From the human T2T-CHM13v2.0 reference genome, Homo sapiens, in assembly GCF_009914755.1 (NCBI RefSeq), contig NC_060926.1: 64,000 nucleotides of DNA; one strand, given 5' to 3'. Numbering within the stretch: the stretch's first letter is position 1; the number at the start of each line of letters is the position of its first letter. The notes beneath the pieces are model-generated. The model ran no database searches, was not told where the DNA came from, and was given only the letters and a program-made list of their open reading frames with translations. The translations under genes and the position numbers were made by a program. Positions 17,374-31,800 of this stretch are shown in pieces.

Positions 17374-17753
17374 AATATTAAACAATTTCAGTATTGTTAA
17401 AAACTATTTTTTCTTTATTTCATTTGTAGTATTCAAAGTCCTATACATTAAAGGGGGAAAAGGTCACACAAATATTGCCATTAAATAATTGGGTTTCAGA
17501 TCCTTCTCTACTTGTAGCCATCTCTTATTTAGTATTTGTCCCTACCTTTTCTTAGGTGAGATTTATTACAAGTTGTTCTTGTTCTGTTCTGTTCTGTTCT
17601 GTTTCATTTTGCTGACGGCTCTAATAAACCTTATAATTAGGTCTCTATGACATTCATGTTCAGAGAAAAAGACTATCAGCTTCTTATTGAGACAAGACTC
17701 TTAAAATTAATTTATCTTTGCCTATCTCTTTTTTCTCTCAATCTTTCTTTTAA

Positions 17754-18123
<370 letters not shown>

Positions 18124-18149
18124 TCCAACTTTTAAAAAAATTGTGGCTA

Positions 18150-18339
18150 CAGCCCCTCCACCGCCTGGGAAGTGAAGAGCTCCTCTGCCCGGCCCCCACC
18201 GTCTGGGAAGTGAGGAGTGCCTCTGCCTGGCTGCTGTGCAACCCTCCAAGTGTGAAGTGATAGCCTTGTGTGTGATCTTTCTGCCCTCCCTTGCATTTTC
18301 ATCATTAAGATTTACTTTTTAATTAAAAGTTTTTAAAAA
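18150..18339 (+). mobile_element. SVA2-like VNTR retrotransposon, 5'-truncated
   Basis: Two ~38-bp SVA-type VNTR units (ACCG(C/T)CTGGGAAGTGA(A/G)GAG..CCTCTGCC), then non-SINE-R tail TGTGCAACCCTCCAAGTGTGAAGTGA.., ATTAAA at 18322 and a degenerate TSD ending TGGCTA. Confidence 0.75.
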
Positions 18340-18456
18340 TATATGGCTAAAAAAACCCGTAATTTGTTTTTTTAAACCATCAAAGAGCCCCTTAATTAAT
18401 TTCCCCCCAATATTTCACAATTTGAAGAATTTTGTCTGTAATCCATATTTGCCAGT

Positions 18457-19020
18457 TGTGGTGGATATTAGTTGGTTTGCTTCTACCTAACAGGGTATTT
18501 ATTTGGGAACTTGCATTTTCCTGGTGTAGCCTACATGCTTCAAGGAAAACTAACTACCTTTTCCACCAATGACAGGGATAGGCCATGATTGACAGGCCAA
18601 TCAGCATGGTTCCCCCTCCTCACCACCAACTACTGTCATTGATTTCAAAGTGGACATTGGAACTCAAATGATACAATCAAGGTGAATTTCAGGACTCTTG
18701 CTTAGAATGTTGGGACAGAAATGTGTGTTTTCTCCTACTGGATGTAAATCTGGAAGCGCATAGCCCAGTTGCAGTTCCCAGCCACATTACATTCACAAGG
18801 GGAATTGGCATTAGGATGAAGGATGAAGCTAACATTGCACATAGCTAAGCAGAGAATGGAAAGGAAATGAATCCTTGATGATCTTGAGTTGCTGGATCAC
18901 CCAAATTTTGAAGCTTACTTTATTTGTGATCTTGCCACTTAAGTGAGCCAATAACCCCTCTGTTGGTTAAGCCCATTTAAGCTGAGTTTTCTTTCTCTGA
19001 TTGTAACCTTAACTGGTATA
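18457..19020 (+). mobile_element. ERVL LTR (LTR16-like)
   Basis: AGGCCAATCAGCATGG..; 3' end TAAGTGAGCCAATAACCCCTCTGTTGGTTAAGCCCATTTAAGCTGAGTTTTCT. Confidence 0.6.
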
Positions 19021-19682
19021 TCATGCAATATTTAATTAGTCGTTTTTATTAAGATATGTAAATTTGATCTTTTGATCAATAATTATAATACTTGTTGCCA
19101 TTTATTATCTATAATATGCTGTTACATTGCAAAGTGGTTAAAATCATTATTATTGAAAGTATGTCAGTGGCTGAGGGAGAATGGCATGGAAGGAGACACA
19201 GAAGCAGCACATTACCACCAATGACTTTAAATTTAATAACGAGCACTTATTCTTAAAATGTCCTTTAGCCACCCTACTGCAGGGATCTTCTTGTGGGAGG
19301 GAAAGTTCCTTCATATACATAGCATGCTACCTTCTACTGTCTGCAGTTTCCTCTTACTGCCTTTCCTCAGAAGCAAACACAAAGTTCTCTCCTTGTCACA
19401 CTTTAAGGCAGTTTGGCTCTTGTCTCTGATGCCTCGCCACTTAACCTATACTGAGGATTATACACTCTCACCTTCTACTCCAATAAATGTTTTCCCAGTA
19501 AAGACAGTTACCTTCCAGAGGGGAAGTCTTGGTGCCAATTATTAAGATAAGGGTTTCACCTTGGGTGGCAAAGAGATTAAATCATTTTGTCAAGGACTCA
19601 TACCTAGGAAAGGAAGAACTGGGCTGTGAATGTAAGTGTATCTGTCTCTATAGCAAAAAGTCTTCAGTTCCAGGAGCCAGAA

Positions 19683-19947
19683 TTTTTTATTTATTTATTT
19701 ATTTATTTATTTTGAGACGGAGTCTCACTCTGTCGCCCAGGCTGGAGTGCAGTGGCGCGATCTTGGCTCACTGCAAGGTACTACAGGCACCTGCCACCAT
19801 GCCCGGCTAATTTCTTATTTTGTATTTTTAGTAGAGACGGGATTTCACTGTGTTAGCCAGGATGATCTTGATCTCCTGACCTCGTGATCCACCCACCTCG
19901 GCCTCCCAAAGTGCTGGGATTACAGGCGTGAGCCACCACGCCCTGCC
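19683..19947 (-). mobile_element. AluY with ~50-bp internal deletion
   Basis: AluY diagnostics; CTGCAAG joined directly to GTACTACAGG; TSD CCAGGAGCCAGAA. Confidence 0.9.
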
Positions 19948-19988
19948 CCAGGAGCCAGAAAATTTAAAACAAACAAACAAAAAAATAG

Positions 19989-20735
<747 letters not shown>

Positions 20736-20984
20736 GGAAAAATGCACAATATGTATTCATTCAGTCATGCAACATGTTGCTTGTCCTCATGGAGCTCACA
20801 TTCTAGTGAAAAAGCTGTCTCACTCATTGTGATTCTCTTATAAGCCACTCTGCCATTTGGTTATCAGCATTATTTATTATACAGACCATTCTTCTCAAGG
20901 GCCTTTGGATGTTACATTTTAATCAACATCTGGAGACAATCTTGCTTTTGATATATTTGTCATACTAAGTGATGATACACATGA

Positions 20985-21295
<311 letters not shown>

Positions 21296-21681
21296 CAATA
21301 TTTTTTTTCAAGTCAAATATTTCTATTATTATTTTGGTTTTCAGCTTCTTGCGTATTTTTTTGCCATTTGATTTTTTAATTAAACTTTTAATTTAAGATT
21401 ATTATCAATACACATGCAGTTGTAAGAAATAATATGGAAATCTCCCGTACCTTTCATCCAGTTTATCCAAAATGGTAACATCTTGCAAAAGTATTATAGT
21501 ATACTATCACAAGGACATTGACAGTCATACTGTCAAGAAAAAACATTTCCATCACTACACAGATCCTTCCTGTTGCCCTTTTACAGCCAAGCCTCCCTCC
21601 TCCAGCACACAGTCCCTGACTCCTGGCAACCATAATCTATTTGACACTTCCATAATATTATTATTTCAAGAAGGTTATTTA

Positions 21682-22182
<501 letters not shown>

Positions 22183-22545
22183 AAGATTATTTAAATGGAT
22201 CATATGTAGCCTTTTGGAATTTTTGTTGTTGTTGTTCAGCATAATTGCCTGGGATTCATGCAAGCTGTGTATATAATAGCTCATTCCTTTTCATTGCTGA
22301 GTAGTATTCCATGGTATGGCTGTATCCCAGTTTGACCGCTCATCTGCTGAAGGGCATCTGGATTGTTTCAAGTTTTTAGCTGTCATGAATAAAGCTAGTA
22401 TAAGCATTTTGTGTATAGGTTTTCATGTGAACACAAGTCTTCATTTCCCTGGGATAAATGCCCAGGGGTGCAATTGCTGGGTCATATGGTAATTTCATGT
22501 TTAGTTTGTTGTTGTTGTTGTTGTTGTCGTTTTAAGAAACTCCCA

Positions 22546-22820
22546 GGCTAGCAAGGTGACTCATGCCTATAATCCCAGCACTTGGGGAGGCTGAGGCAGC
22601 AGGATTGCTTGAGGCCAGGATGTCAAGACCAGCCCAGGCAACATAGTGAGCCTCTGTCTCTACTAAAAATTAAAAACCAATAAAAATTAGCTGGGCGTGG
22701 TAGCTGGGTAGTCCAGCTACTTGGAAGGCTGATGTGGAGTATTGCTTGAGCCCCGGAGCTCACTGAGCCTCAGCCTGGGTGACAGAGCAAGACTCTGTCT
22801 CTAAACAAACAAACCAACCA
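22546..22820 (+). mobile_element. Alu (AluJ-like), degenerate
   Basis: Dimer with deletions and a CAAA tail. Confidence 0.82.
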
Positions 22821-24589
22821 ACCCCCCCCACCCGGCCAAAGACTTTCAAACCATTTCTCAGAAAGGCTGTATCATTTTATATTACCACTAGCAATGTATA
22901 AGTGATCTAATTTCTCTGCATGTCACCTGATTTTTAATAAGTTAAATACAGCTTCCCAGGTAAATAGTAGGTTTTTGTTTTTTTTAAACCGATTGTGGGA
23001 ACCTGTTCTTTGTCCAATAAGATTGAGGCCTCTAACATTCTGGTTGACTCCTGGGGGTAGAAAAGGGGCATGGCAAATTAGAAAAAAGATGAATGGATTT
23101 ATTCCTGAGCCCAAGAAAAAAAAGAAAAAAAGAAAAAAGACAGTCAAAGAAGACAGCATCTAATTTTAACCCCCAGCGACTGCTGTCTTATTTTGGGTTC
23201 CTGACATCTTGTTTTAACCTGTTTCTATTGTAATCGTATCAGTAATCTCTTTCCCTTCAGGTGGTCTTTTCAAAGGCACTGAAAACCTTGAAGAGTGAGA
23301 AGCAATAGATTAGCTGTGAAATCAAAAGGAGGTTTAAGAAGAGCTTTGAAATCACTGAAAGGTAACAGGGCTTTAGCTACAGCTCACTAAGTAGTCAAAT
23401 CAATCTTTACTAAGTAGCTGGTTTTTAGAGCAAACGCTCTAGGTAAGGGGTGACTTCTCTAATGAAGCCCAGTAGTTTAATTTCTCCTGATAATTACATA
23501 GTGCCCTATTTTCTCTTAGGCAGACACGACTGCTGCTAAAACCATTGAGACATTTAGACATGACACACACAAGAAAGATAGAGGAGCAAAAGTTTATATT
23601 TAATCAGTTTCTGCTCCAAATCAAAAATGTTCAGATCTTTAATAGTTAGACAGATAGGACTTCTAATTGTTGTATTAAAAACTTCTAAATGCACGAATCT
23701 TGTTTTATGCACCCTTAGGCTTGGAAGTTACTGCTGTCTCTTATATGTGGCCCTTTAGTGGACAAACCTCTTCAATTTTATCAAGTTGATTTTCTTCATC
23801 ATCCACAATATCAACATTCCTCATCTCTTTCTGGATTAAGTTGTCTGATCATCCAGAGACAAACAGCAAACTGATTTTTAAACAAAACCAAAATTGCTAT
23901 TTTGGCTAGGTTTTCCATATTTTTGTCCCCCCATCTCCCACATCTCATCCCCTTTAAACCAAATCTTTTAGTAGGTGCTATTTTCTGATTTGCATTTCTT
24001 CAAATAAATATGCAACTACAAAGTAGTTTTGATTAGTGCTTGGTCTTACGAAAGTATTTCAGGGGTTCAAGTTCGTAATCCCATTGGTATTTATCAGTGT
24101 TATTTCACAGAATTGAAAAGATTGTCACTAATTAATAATATAAATAAGATTGTACTGGCAGTTGCAAAGAATCTCAGCGAGAATTTTTTTAAAGAAAATA
24201 TTTCCTTTACATTAATATATTATGTAAGAATTTTCACATGTTGATTTGCATAGAGTTGTGCCTGTGTTAGACATACACTACACTTTTTCCTCTACAGTAA
24301 CACAGGAGAAAATATATCTCTGTAAATGACTCCTGACTGCGACAAGACCTGCCAATTTACCCTCGGATAAGTCTCTGAGAGCTTAATTGGAGTTATTACC
24401 TACTACTAAATCATCTTTAAGTCACTCTTCCTTAAGAGCACAAATATAGGCATTCTGGACTGCTCTGATCAAACCTTTAGGTTGTTATTCAAGCCAAAGT
24501 GGCCCCAGGTAACAGGGAGAGGAAAACATCTAACTGTCTACTAAATAAAAACTAACTTTGGTAGAGCATTTTCTAATTAATTGTTTTCA

Positions 24590-24780
24590 ACCTTTTTAAA
24601 ATTTAATCTTCCCAACACATCTGTGAGGCTGGGATCCTATACCATTCTCCTTTTTTCATAGATTAGGAACCTGGGGCTCAAAAAGGCTAAACGAATTGCC
24701 AGTCACCACAAACAGTAAGTACCAGTCAGAATTGGCATTTAGATATTATGACTCCATTTCCAGTGCCTTTTCTAGCACAA
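24590..24780 (-). mobile_element. MIR
   Basis: ATAGATTAGGAACCTGGGGCTCAAAAAGGCTAAACGAATTGCC. Confidence 0.55.
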
Positions 24781-27700
24781 CTTGCTGAAAAGAGGGAAGG
24801 TGGAGAACATTAAAATGCATCTGTTATACTCAAAGTTAAGAACACATTTCTTTTTAAACTGTCTTAGCCAGACTCAATGACATTTCTCAGAGGGGTTACT
24901 ATCTGATTGCCTTACCTACCTTTCCTGAACAAGGGAATTTCCTGTTTCCCCCTATAGGGTATTTCACTATCAGAAGATTAATGAAAGTCTATATTTAAAA
25001 TCTGAATCTAAATTTATAAATGTAGATTTCTAAATCTAAATTTATATTTAAAATACTACTCAGATGGCATGCCGTCTTAAAGCAGGTTCTCCCAGGACTT
25101 TATTTATTCTCATATTCTTATAAGGAAATATGAACCTCTGACTCTATCTCTCTGTTTCTTCTCTCAGTGGATTACATATCGGTTTAAACAATTCACTGCC
25201 TCACCCATATTGGATGAGTTTCTATAATGTTGGCAGGCCATGTGTTAGACCTGTGGAGGGGTTTATATGTCCCATGACTCCTTAACTTTAACTGTCTGGC
25301 TAACTGTGCACAGCTACGGCTTTCTATATTCCTGGATGAATGTCTGCCATTAGCTTGCAGCTGACCATGGTGTTGGCATCCGTGTATGGCCATGGATCGT
25401 TACACACGCTGGGACTGTGGTGTAGGGGTATGTAATTTCATTGCTTTTCCCACCTGATTTCTAACTACACCCAATTTATTTTATTATTTTCAATGTCTTT
25501 AATAAAAATTATTTTCTTCCCCAAAATGTTAAAAGGGAGAGGAAGAATGAGTGGACCAAAGGAGAATGGATTTTGTAAACATTAAAAGATGCCCCAAAGA
25601 AGAAGTGTTTGTGTGCTGAATTATTTTGAGTCTAGATTTCCTTAAATTTTGCCTTAAAAATTGACTTAAAATTTTTTTTAGCCCTGTTACAGTTTTTGGA
25701 TGTAATTAACTACAGTGTTTTAAACATTTTACTTCTCACTATGTATTCTATACTACACATACCATAATAAACACTGGCCATGATCCCAACTTAGACTTGA
25801 TTTAAAATAGAAGTACTTACGAATCCAAGCAGGAAAAAAAAGCATTCTAACACTCACAAGGCACATTCTTTTCTCACGCTTTCCTCAGCCTATTCCCCTG
25901 GGCAGTAAATTGTATAGTAAAATGACCAGTTTATTATTTGCTGTTTTCTTTCACTCTGCTGAGAAAAGCTACATTGCTGGCAAACTGACAGAAAATTTAA
26001 AAATGGAATCCAGTATTTTGTATGTCTGTTTAGGGAATGTGTGCAGCATAGACTATTCACGTGATCTATATTTCTCTTTTTTTGTCCTAACTGGTATCAA
26101 CAGAAATGTAATGAATGAGCTTCTTAAAGTAGATGGGATAAGCAGAGATATCCTCAGAAAAGCAAGAGATGATTCTTGCTTTCCTTTTCCTAAAAATTCA
26201 AACAAACCATTAACTAACAACTAACTAAAAACGCTTTTATTTTTTAAGGGAAAAGCAGATTTTAAAAAAATTAAAATTCATTTTTTAATATGTGCTCAGC
26301 TAATACTTCACTTATTAAGATATTTAGAAAATGTTCACATTTTTTTCTTACAAAACGGATCTTAATGGAAGCCCCCTGTTTGCCTCACCCATGAATTTTC
26401 ATTTTTTTTTTTTTACTCTTTTTGGCCTTGTCTTTTATAAATGTACTATTTTCACCCACAGCTTAAGAGAGCTTCTTTGATGTTCTTAGTACAACATAGT
26501 GTATGTAATGTCAGCTGTTTAAAGCTGGAGATCAGATTGTGCATAATAACATATGTAGTTTGGATTATATAAACACTACAGGAAGAAGGGGAGACAGGGC
26601 CTTTCTGTGTGCACATTTCAGATTGCTAGCTGTATGCCTGTTTAGAATGTTAAATACTCCTAACTAGGCAGTGATGAAGTTACTTCTTTAGTGACTGTGA
26701 CTTCTGAAACTATAAAGACAAAACTTTTTCAACTAAAAATAATTTAAAGATGATGTCAGTAATGAACATATTTATGTGATTTTCTACTTGCTACTTAAGG
26801 AGCTTTGAGAGTAGAGGGAAAAAAATTGCACTGCCTTCAAAGCCCTATTTAACTAAGCAATTTCATCAAAAATTTGGAAATACAGCTGAGAAGAGCCAAA
26901 ACCAGAAAAATGTGGTACAAATGATAAATTTCATCCATTATACCTTTCTCCCATTATAAAGAAGTCTGGAGCAGGAAATCTTACCAGTCTATTTTCTTAG
27001 GATTGTTTCTCTTATATTTTAATATTTCAGATTAGTTAGACTGCTTGGAGTTTTTGTCTTTTGTTTGCATCATTCTTTTATCATTAAGGTTGCTGTCTGG
27101 CTTTTTTGTCTGTTGAAAGATTTCGTTTCAAGATAAATTAAATAAAACATTACCATATTTTTCAGCAATGAAACATTTCAGATGGAGAAAGAAGTCAATA
27201 GTTTTCTGGTTTAAGTTTGTATTTTTATTTTCAATATTCTATCCTGCCTTGTTTCGGGAATACTTCAAGGCCGCTGATGTGTTTACTGCTCAAATATCAA
27301 CACAGCAGTAATCAGGCCTTTGAAACTATGGGTGAAAAATCCAGTCCATTTCAGTCTTTTTAATTTATGAAAAGAGATTGTGTGGCATTTTGCTTCCTGT
27401 CCCTTTTCATAAGAACTTTAAATATGGACACCCCTCCTGCTGGTGTCTTTATATAGGGAAGCTCTGCGTGAGGTTGAAGTTTTTATGAGGAAACTTGTTT
27501 AAAACACAATCGTATTTTAAGGCGGGTTTGCCACAGCAAGGTTAGGGGTTACCAATAAATCGGTTTACAGCAACTTCTCTATTCTCTGCTCCAGACACAC
27601 CAATGGGGTGACCCGTGCACAATTCCCGCTGGCCACACAAGGCAGCGGCAGTTCTAGTTGATCCTTCCTTCGTCAACTAGATCAACGAAGGCTGTCTTAG

Positions 27701-28532
27701 AGAGCTTCGGGTATTAAGTGAGCAGAGTCCCTTAGGCCAATTTGGCTGCCTGGGATTCCTGGGAGGATCTTGGAGAACCCAGGACACCCGAATCCCTAGT
27801 CCCTATCCTGGTTTTTGCTCTGCTGGAGAATAACAAAACATTTTGGGAACTCAGGAGTTTAATTTACTGCCACCAACCGACAAAATAATAGCATCTTTGT
27901 GTGTTCTCTCCCCTCCGTCCCTCCCACCTCCTTCCGACAGAAGCACGACGCTGGCCCTCTGTGAATGTAGCGCAGACAGCACGGGCCAGCCCGGAGCGGT
28001 CGCAGGAGGCTCCAGACCCGCGGCCCCAGGGACGCCCGGGAAATCACCGGCCCCAGAACGTCCCCCATTCCTTTTGGGAAATAAAAAGACGCAGCCGGCG
28101 AGATGCCTTCTTAGACCTTCCAGCTCATTTAGCTGATTCTGGCCCCAGAAAGTGTGTTTGTGTTTGTGTGTAGTTAAGTGAGGCAGAGAAAATCCAAGAA
28201 AGCCGCACAAGCCACCCCAAAGCGTCCACGGAAACTCCAGCTCGGTTAATTGCTCCCATATGTCCTCCTCGGCTGTGGTAAAAAAGCAGCGAGGAGGGAA
28301 GGCCGGGTCGCTTTATTGATTTTGAAGAGGCTGTAAAAAAGACTATGGCCCATCTCATTTTGGTCCCAGAGGGGCCTAGGCGCAGCCCCGGGGGACCCGG
28401 TGCCCAGAGGGATGGTAGGGTGCTTCAGGCCCGGACCTGGCGCCGAGAGGCGGGACAAGGGGACCTCGCGCCCAAGCCCCGCGGAAAGTTCGCGCTCCGC
28501 GCTCCAGCCGGTCCCTGGATCCGCCGCAGCCC

Positions 28533-28662
28533 GGGGCGGGGAGGGGCGCGGGAGGCGCGGCCGGGGCGGGCGCGCGAGAGGAAGGTGCCTTCGGGAACAC
28601 GCGCAAGGGCGGGGATTCGCGCTGCCAATGAGGCCCCGGTGTGGGCCGAGCAAGGCGGGGGG
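28533..28662 (+). promoter_or_regulatory. TANC1: Proximal promoter: GC boxes and CCAAT box, TATA-less
   Basis: GGGGCGGGG 28533, GGGGCGGG 28563, GGGCGGGG 28607, CCAAT 28625-28629, GGCGGGGGG 28654. Confidence 0.7.
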
Positions 28663-28677
28663 ACGGGCCGGAGCGGA

Positions 28678-28820
28678 GGCTTTGCTGTGGCAGCTGCTGG
28701 AGCGGCGGCCGCCTCGGGAGCCGGAGGAGAGGCAGCCGCGGAGCGCCGAGCTGGCCTCGCCCCGAGGCCCGGCCCTGGGTGTGGGGAACCGCGCTGAGGA
28801 GCTGGAAACTTTCCCGGCAG
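28678..28820 (+). other. TANC1: Non-coding first exon (5'UTR); TSS approximate
   Basis: ATG-free GC-rich segment below the CCAAT/GC boxes ending in donor CAG|GTAACT at 28820/28821. Gene name is from recall of the TANC1 5'UTR and its intronic BTF3L4 pseudogene, not from a search. Confidence 0.75.
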
Positions 28821-31800
28821 GTAACTCCCGCAGCCCGGACTCCGCCGCGGGCCTGCGAGCGCCCCGGGCATGGCCAGCTGCCAGTGTGCGGAGAGGTCGA
28901 GAGGGACCCGGGGTGGAGAGGGTGATGGGAGAAGGGAAAGGCGTGTGGGAAAGTTTCTGGAGCGCCCCCTCCTCCGCCGGGCACACCCGGGAGCTTTCCG
29001 GGAATAGGCACAGACATGTTGGGCGCCCCGGGCCTTGGTCTCTCGGCGGCTTTGGGGAGTCCGCACCTTCCTTGCGCGGTTCCCCCGCGCCGGACCGAGC
29101 CGGCCTCCCCTGGAACCGGTGTGGTGGGAACCGGGAACGCTTGGGGCACGCTCGAGTTCTGGGACCACCCCCGCCCGGCGCGCCCGCTCGCCCCCTTTCC
29201 CGCCTTCTCTGTAGCCCTCGGGCTTGGCAAGGGCCTGGGCTACGCCTGGTACCTGGCGCGGGGGAGGCGGGGGGAGGCGCGCCTGGCACCGCGGGGTCCT
29301 GGGCGCCCCCCGGAGTGTTGGGGTGCGCGGGTCGCGAAGTTGCCGAGAGAACTTAAGCCGGAGGCATGGTATTGCCCCAGTCTGGGCTGAAAGTCTATTG
29401 CTTTGCTTCCAAGAACACTGCGATTAGCATATCCACACTCCTTTATTGGGGGTGGGGGTGAGTTAGGATTAGACGTTGGGGGTTTTTCTTTAGGGGTGGG
29501 GCGCTGAGAAGAGCGGTAATTGTCAAGATTGTGAGCCCCCTTGTTCTTGGATGCAGAGTGGTCATTTTCGGGGGACGATATCAGGGCACTGGCTTCCTGG
29601 AGGACTTTGGGGTGCGGGCGCGCAGCGCTGTGGGTGTGCGGGGCTCCCGGCTTTGGCGCGGCGGCTTTCCGGAACGCCTGGCTGGGAAGGAAGCTCTAGG
29701 CATTGTGTGGTGTGTTTGCAGACAGAAAGGTCCCTGGACCGGTGTTCTCAAAACTTACTGGACTTATTGTGTAAAGCTCCGGGAGGAAATGTGGCGTTGG
29801 CCAGGTAGAAACGCGGCGCTGCGGCCAAGGGGCGGAGGACGCCAGGCTCGGCAACGGCCTTCTCCCAGCCCCCTCCTGCCAGCTCCAGATCCGCGTGCCT
29901 CCAGTGTTGGGACCGTTCTCAGTGGCGTTGTTCCCTGCTGGAGTTAACTTGGGAGGTGAGGAGGGAACTTTCATCTTGAACTTGACCCCAGAAGCAGCGT
30001 CGTCCGTACAGGTTACAAGGTAAATGGAAGCTGAGTCTTAACGTGGGTTGGACCGCAAACTCTGGCTGGCGCGGAAAGGAAGTTCCTGGTTCAGAATCTT
30101 TGAGGAAAGGGCTCAAGATTGCTGAGATCGCTCGCTCTGGAAATGCCAGACACACCAGACTGCAGAAGTTAATGCGTGTTTGGAGGGGTGGGGGTGGGAG
30201 AGGAAAGGAGAAACCTGGTTAGTTGGCACAGAGGGCTGGTATTTCTCTGTAGTGGAAATGAAGGGAGTCTGCGTCTCTGCTTTCACCAGATCCGCTACCC
30301 TCTTTTTTCCTTCCTTGGTCATCTTTATTCCTGCCAGGCTGGCACTCCTGAGGCAGGGGAGGGGAAGGAGAGGAAAGCAGTTGTGAAGCTTCCTGGGTCA
30401 GCCTGGAGGTATTTCAGATCTGCTACTAGGAAGATTCCAGGATTTTAACAGCTGCTTCTTGATTGCTGGGAATGAAGGAGTTTATGAGCGGCTGAGACTA
30501 CTTCATTATAGAAGTAGTCTGAGTGTTTTACTCATCTAAGCTACTTAAAGACCTCACAAGGGACCTTCCCTAGAGTATGCCAGTTTCTGCAGTTTGTGTC
30601 AGCCAGAATGCTTGGTGAGTGTTAGTCAAAAAGCATCATAAATATATCCTGGTGGTTCTGAAATGAAAAGTATGTGGCAGTAAAGGAAGTATGGTATCTG
30701 ATATCCTTCAGGACTTCCTCCTAGGGTTGTTCCTGTTACCTGCCAAGTGAACTTGGTTCAGGCTTCCGGACTGTTGTGATTTGACAATAAGAGATGGGAA
30801 ATAGTGTCATCGATTTTAGTGGAAGCAGGAAAAGTCCACAAATAAATTTAAGGTGAGTTTTTATGACCCTGTCTTGCACATGTGGTGCCCCAAACTTAAC
30901 TTTTTGGCACCAAGCCTTTTGGTTTGAAGTGTTGCTGGAACTTGGAAGCAATGGTTTTCCTGCTTTCTTGGTTTAACCACCAGAATGCCCAAATTATTAT
31001 AATTTATATCCATCCTTGATCTAAGATATAACTGATTCATAGTCAGCCTTTTTCTGCTTCCCATAACAGCCTGTAGAAAAAAGAACATTTTGTCTCTTTA
31101 ACCACACACGATTTATTTGGTGCCATAGTAGGTTTTGACACTGGGTGATTGAGGGCATAATTTTAGAGACAATGGAGTTGTCTGGATTAAATCGTCCATT
31201 TTTAGGCAACGTTCTCTTCTGAGTTGCTGATTAATTCTTTATTTCTCTGGGAACATTAAAACCAGCATCCCTGAGCCAGTGGAACTATAATCCATATTAT
31301 AATGACTCCTGCCAGCATAGCTGGAGGTTAACTTTATGTCGTTGTTTCCATTAGACATTTCTAACCTAATTGTAAAGATTTTGTCTCAGTTGGGTTGAGA
31401 GTAGGGTTGAGAGTCTCATAGAAAAAGAAATGGCTTTATTTTTATCTTTATGATAAAATAAAGTTTGTGTTACAGGAATACATTTACAGAAGCAAAATAA
31501 AGAAGAGTGTTTATATATTTGTGGGGAGGATTTGTTTTAGTGTTTAAAATAGTTTGGTTTTCAACTGTCTCTTAAATGCATATTTCAGTGGTGGAAAAAC
31601 CAGAACCTCTCCCTGCCCCCTTTCTCCCCACGTTATGAAAGTGTTCACTGTACAAAGAACTCTTAAGCCTTTCTGGGTCTTGGTTTTCTCATTTTTTTCA
31701 TCCCTAAAATGGGATTACCTTGCATCCCTAAAGTTCTGTGACTCTCCAAAAGTTTGAGAAATGTAGGAATTCTGAAGCCAGTGCTGTAATGTTAGAACAC

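Larger units (their letters stand above)
27945..30135. promoter_or_regulatory. TANC1: CpG island / promoter region
   Basis: Abrupt very high GC and CpG density against CpG-depleted flanks; spans the putative first exon. Confidence 0.92.

Noticed and set aside
24988-25054. AT-rich direct and inverted repeats (AATCTAAATTTATA x2)
   Set aside because: Low complexity; ordinary slippage is sufficient
27355-27565. Cluster of HOX/CDX-like TTTAT(G/T) motifs upstream of the island
   Set aside because: Short AT-rich words are expected by chance in AT-rich DNA and cannot be supported without conservation or ChIP data
28246-29974. Long overlapping ORFs (up to 347 aa) on both strands
   Set aside because: They lie in the CpG island, where stops are rare; the peptides are Pro/Arg/Gly/Ala-rich with no recognisable domain
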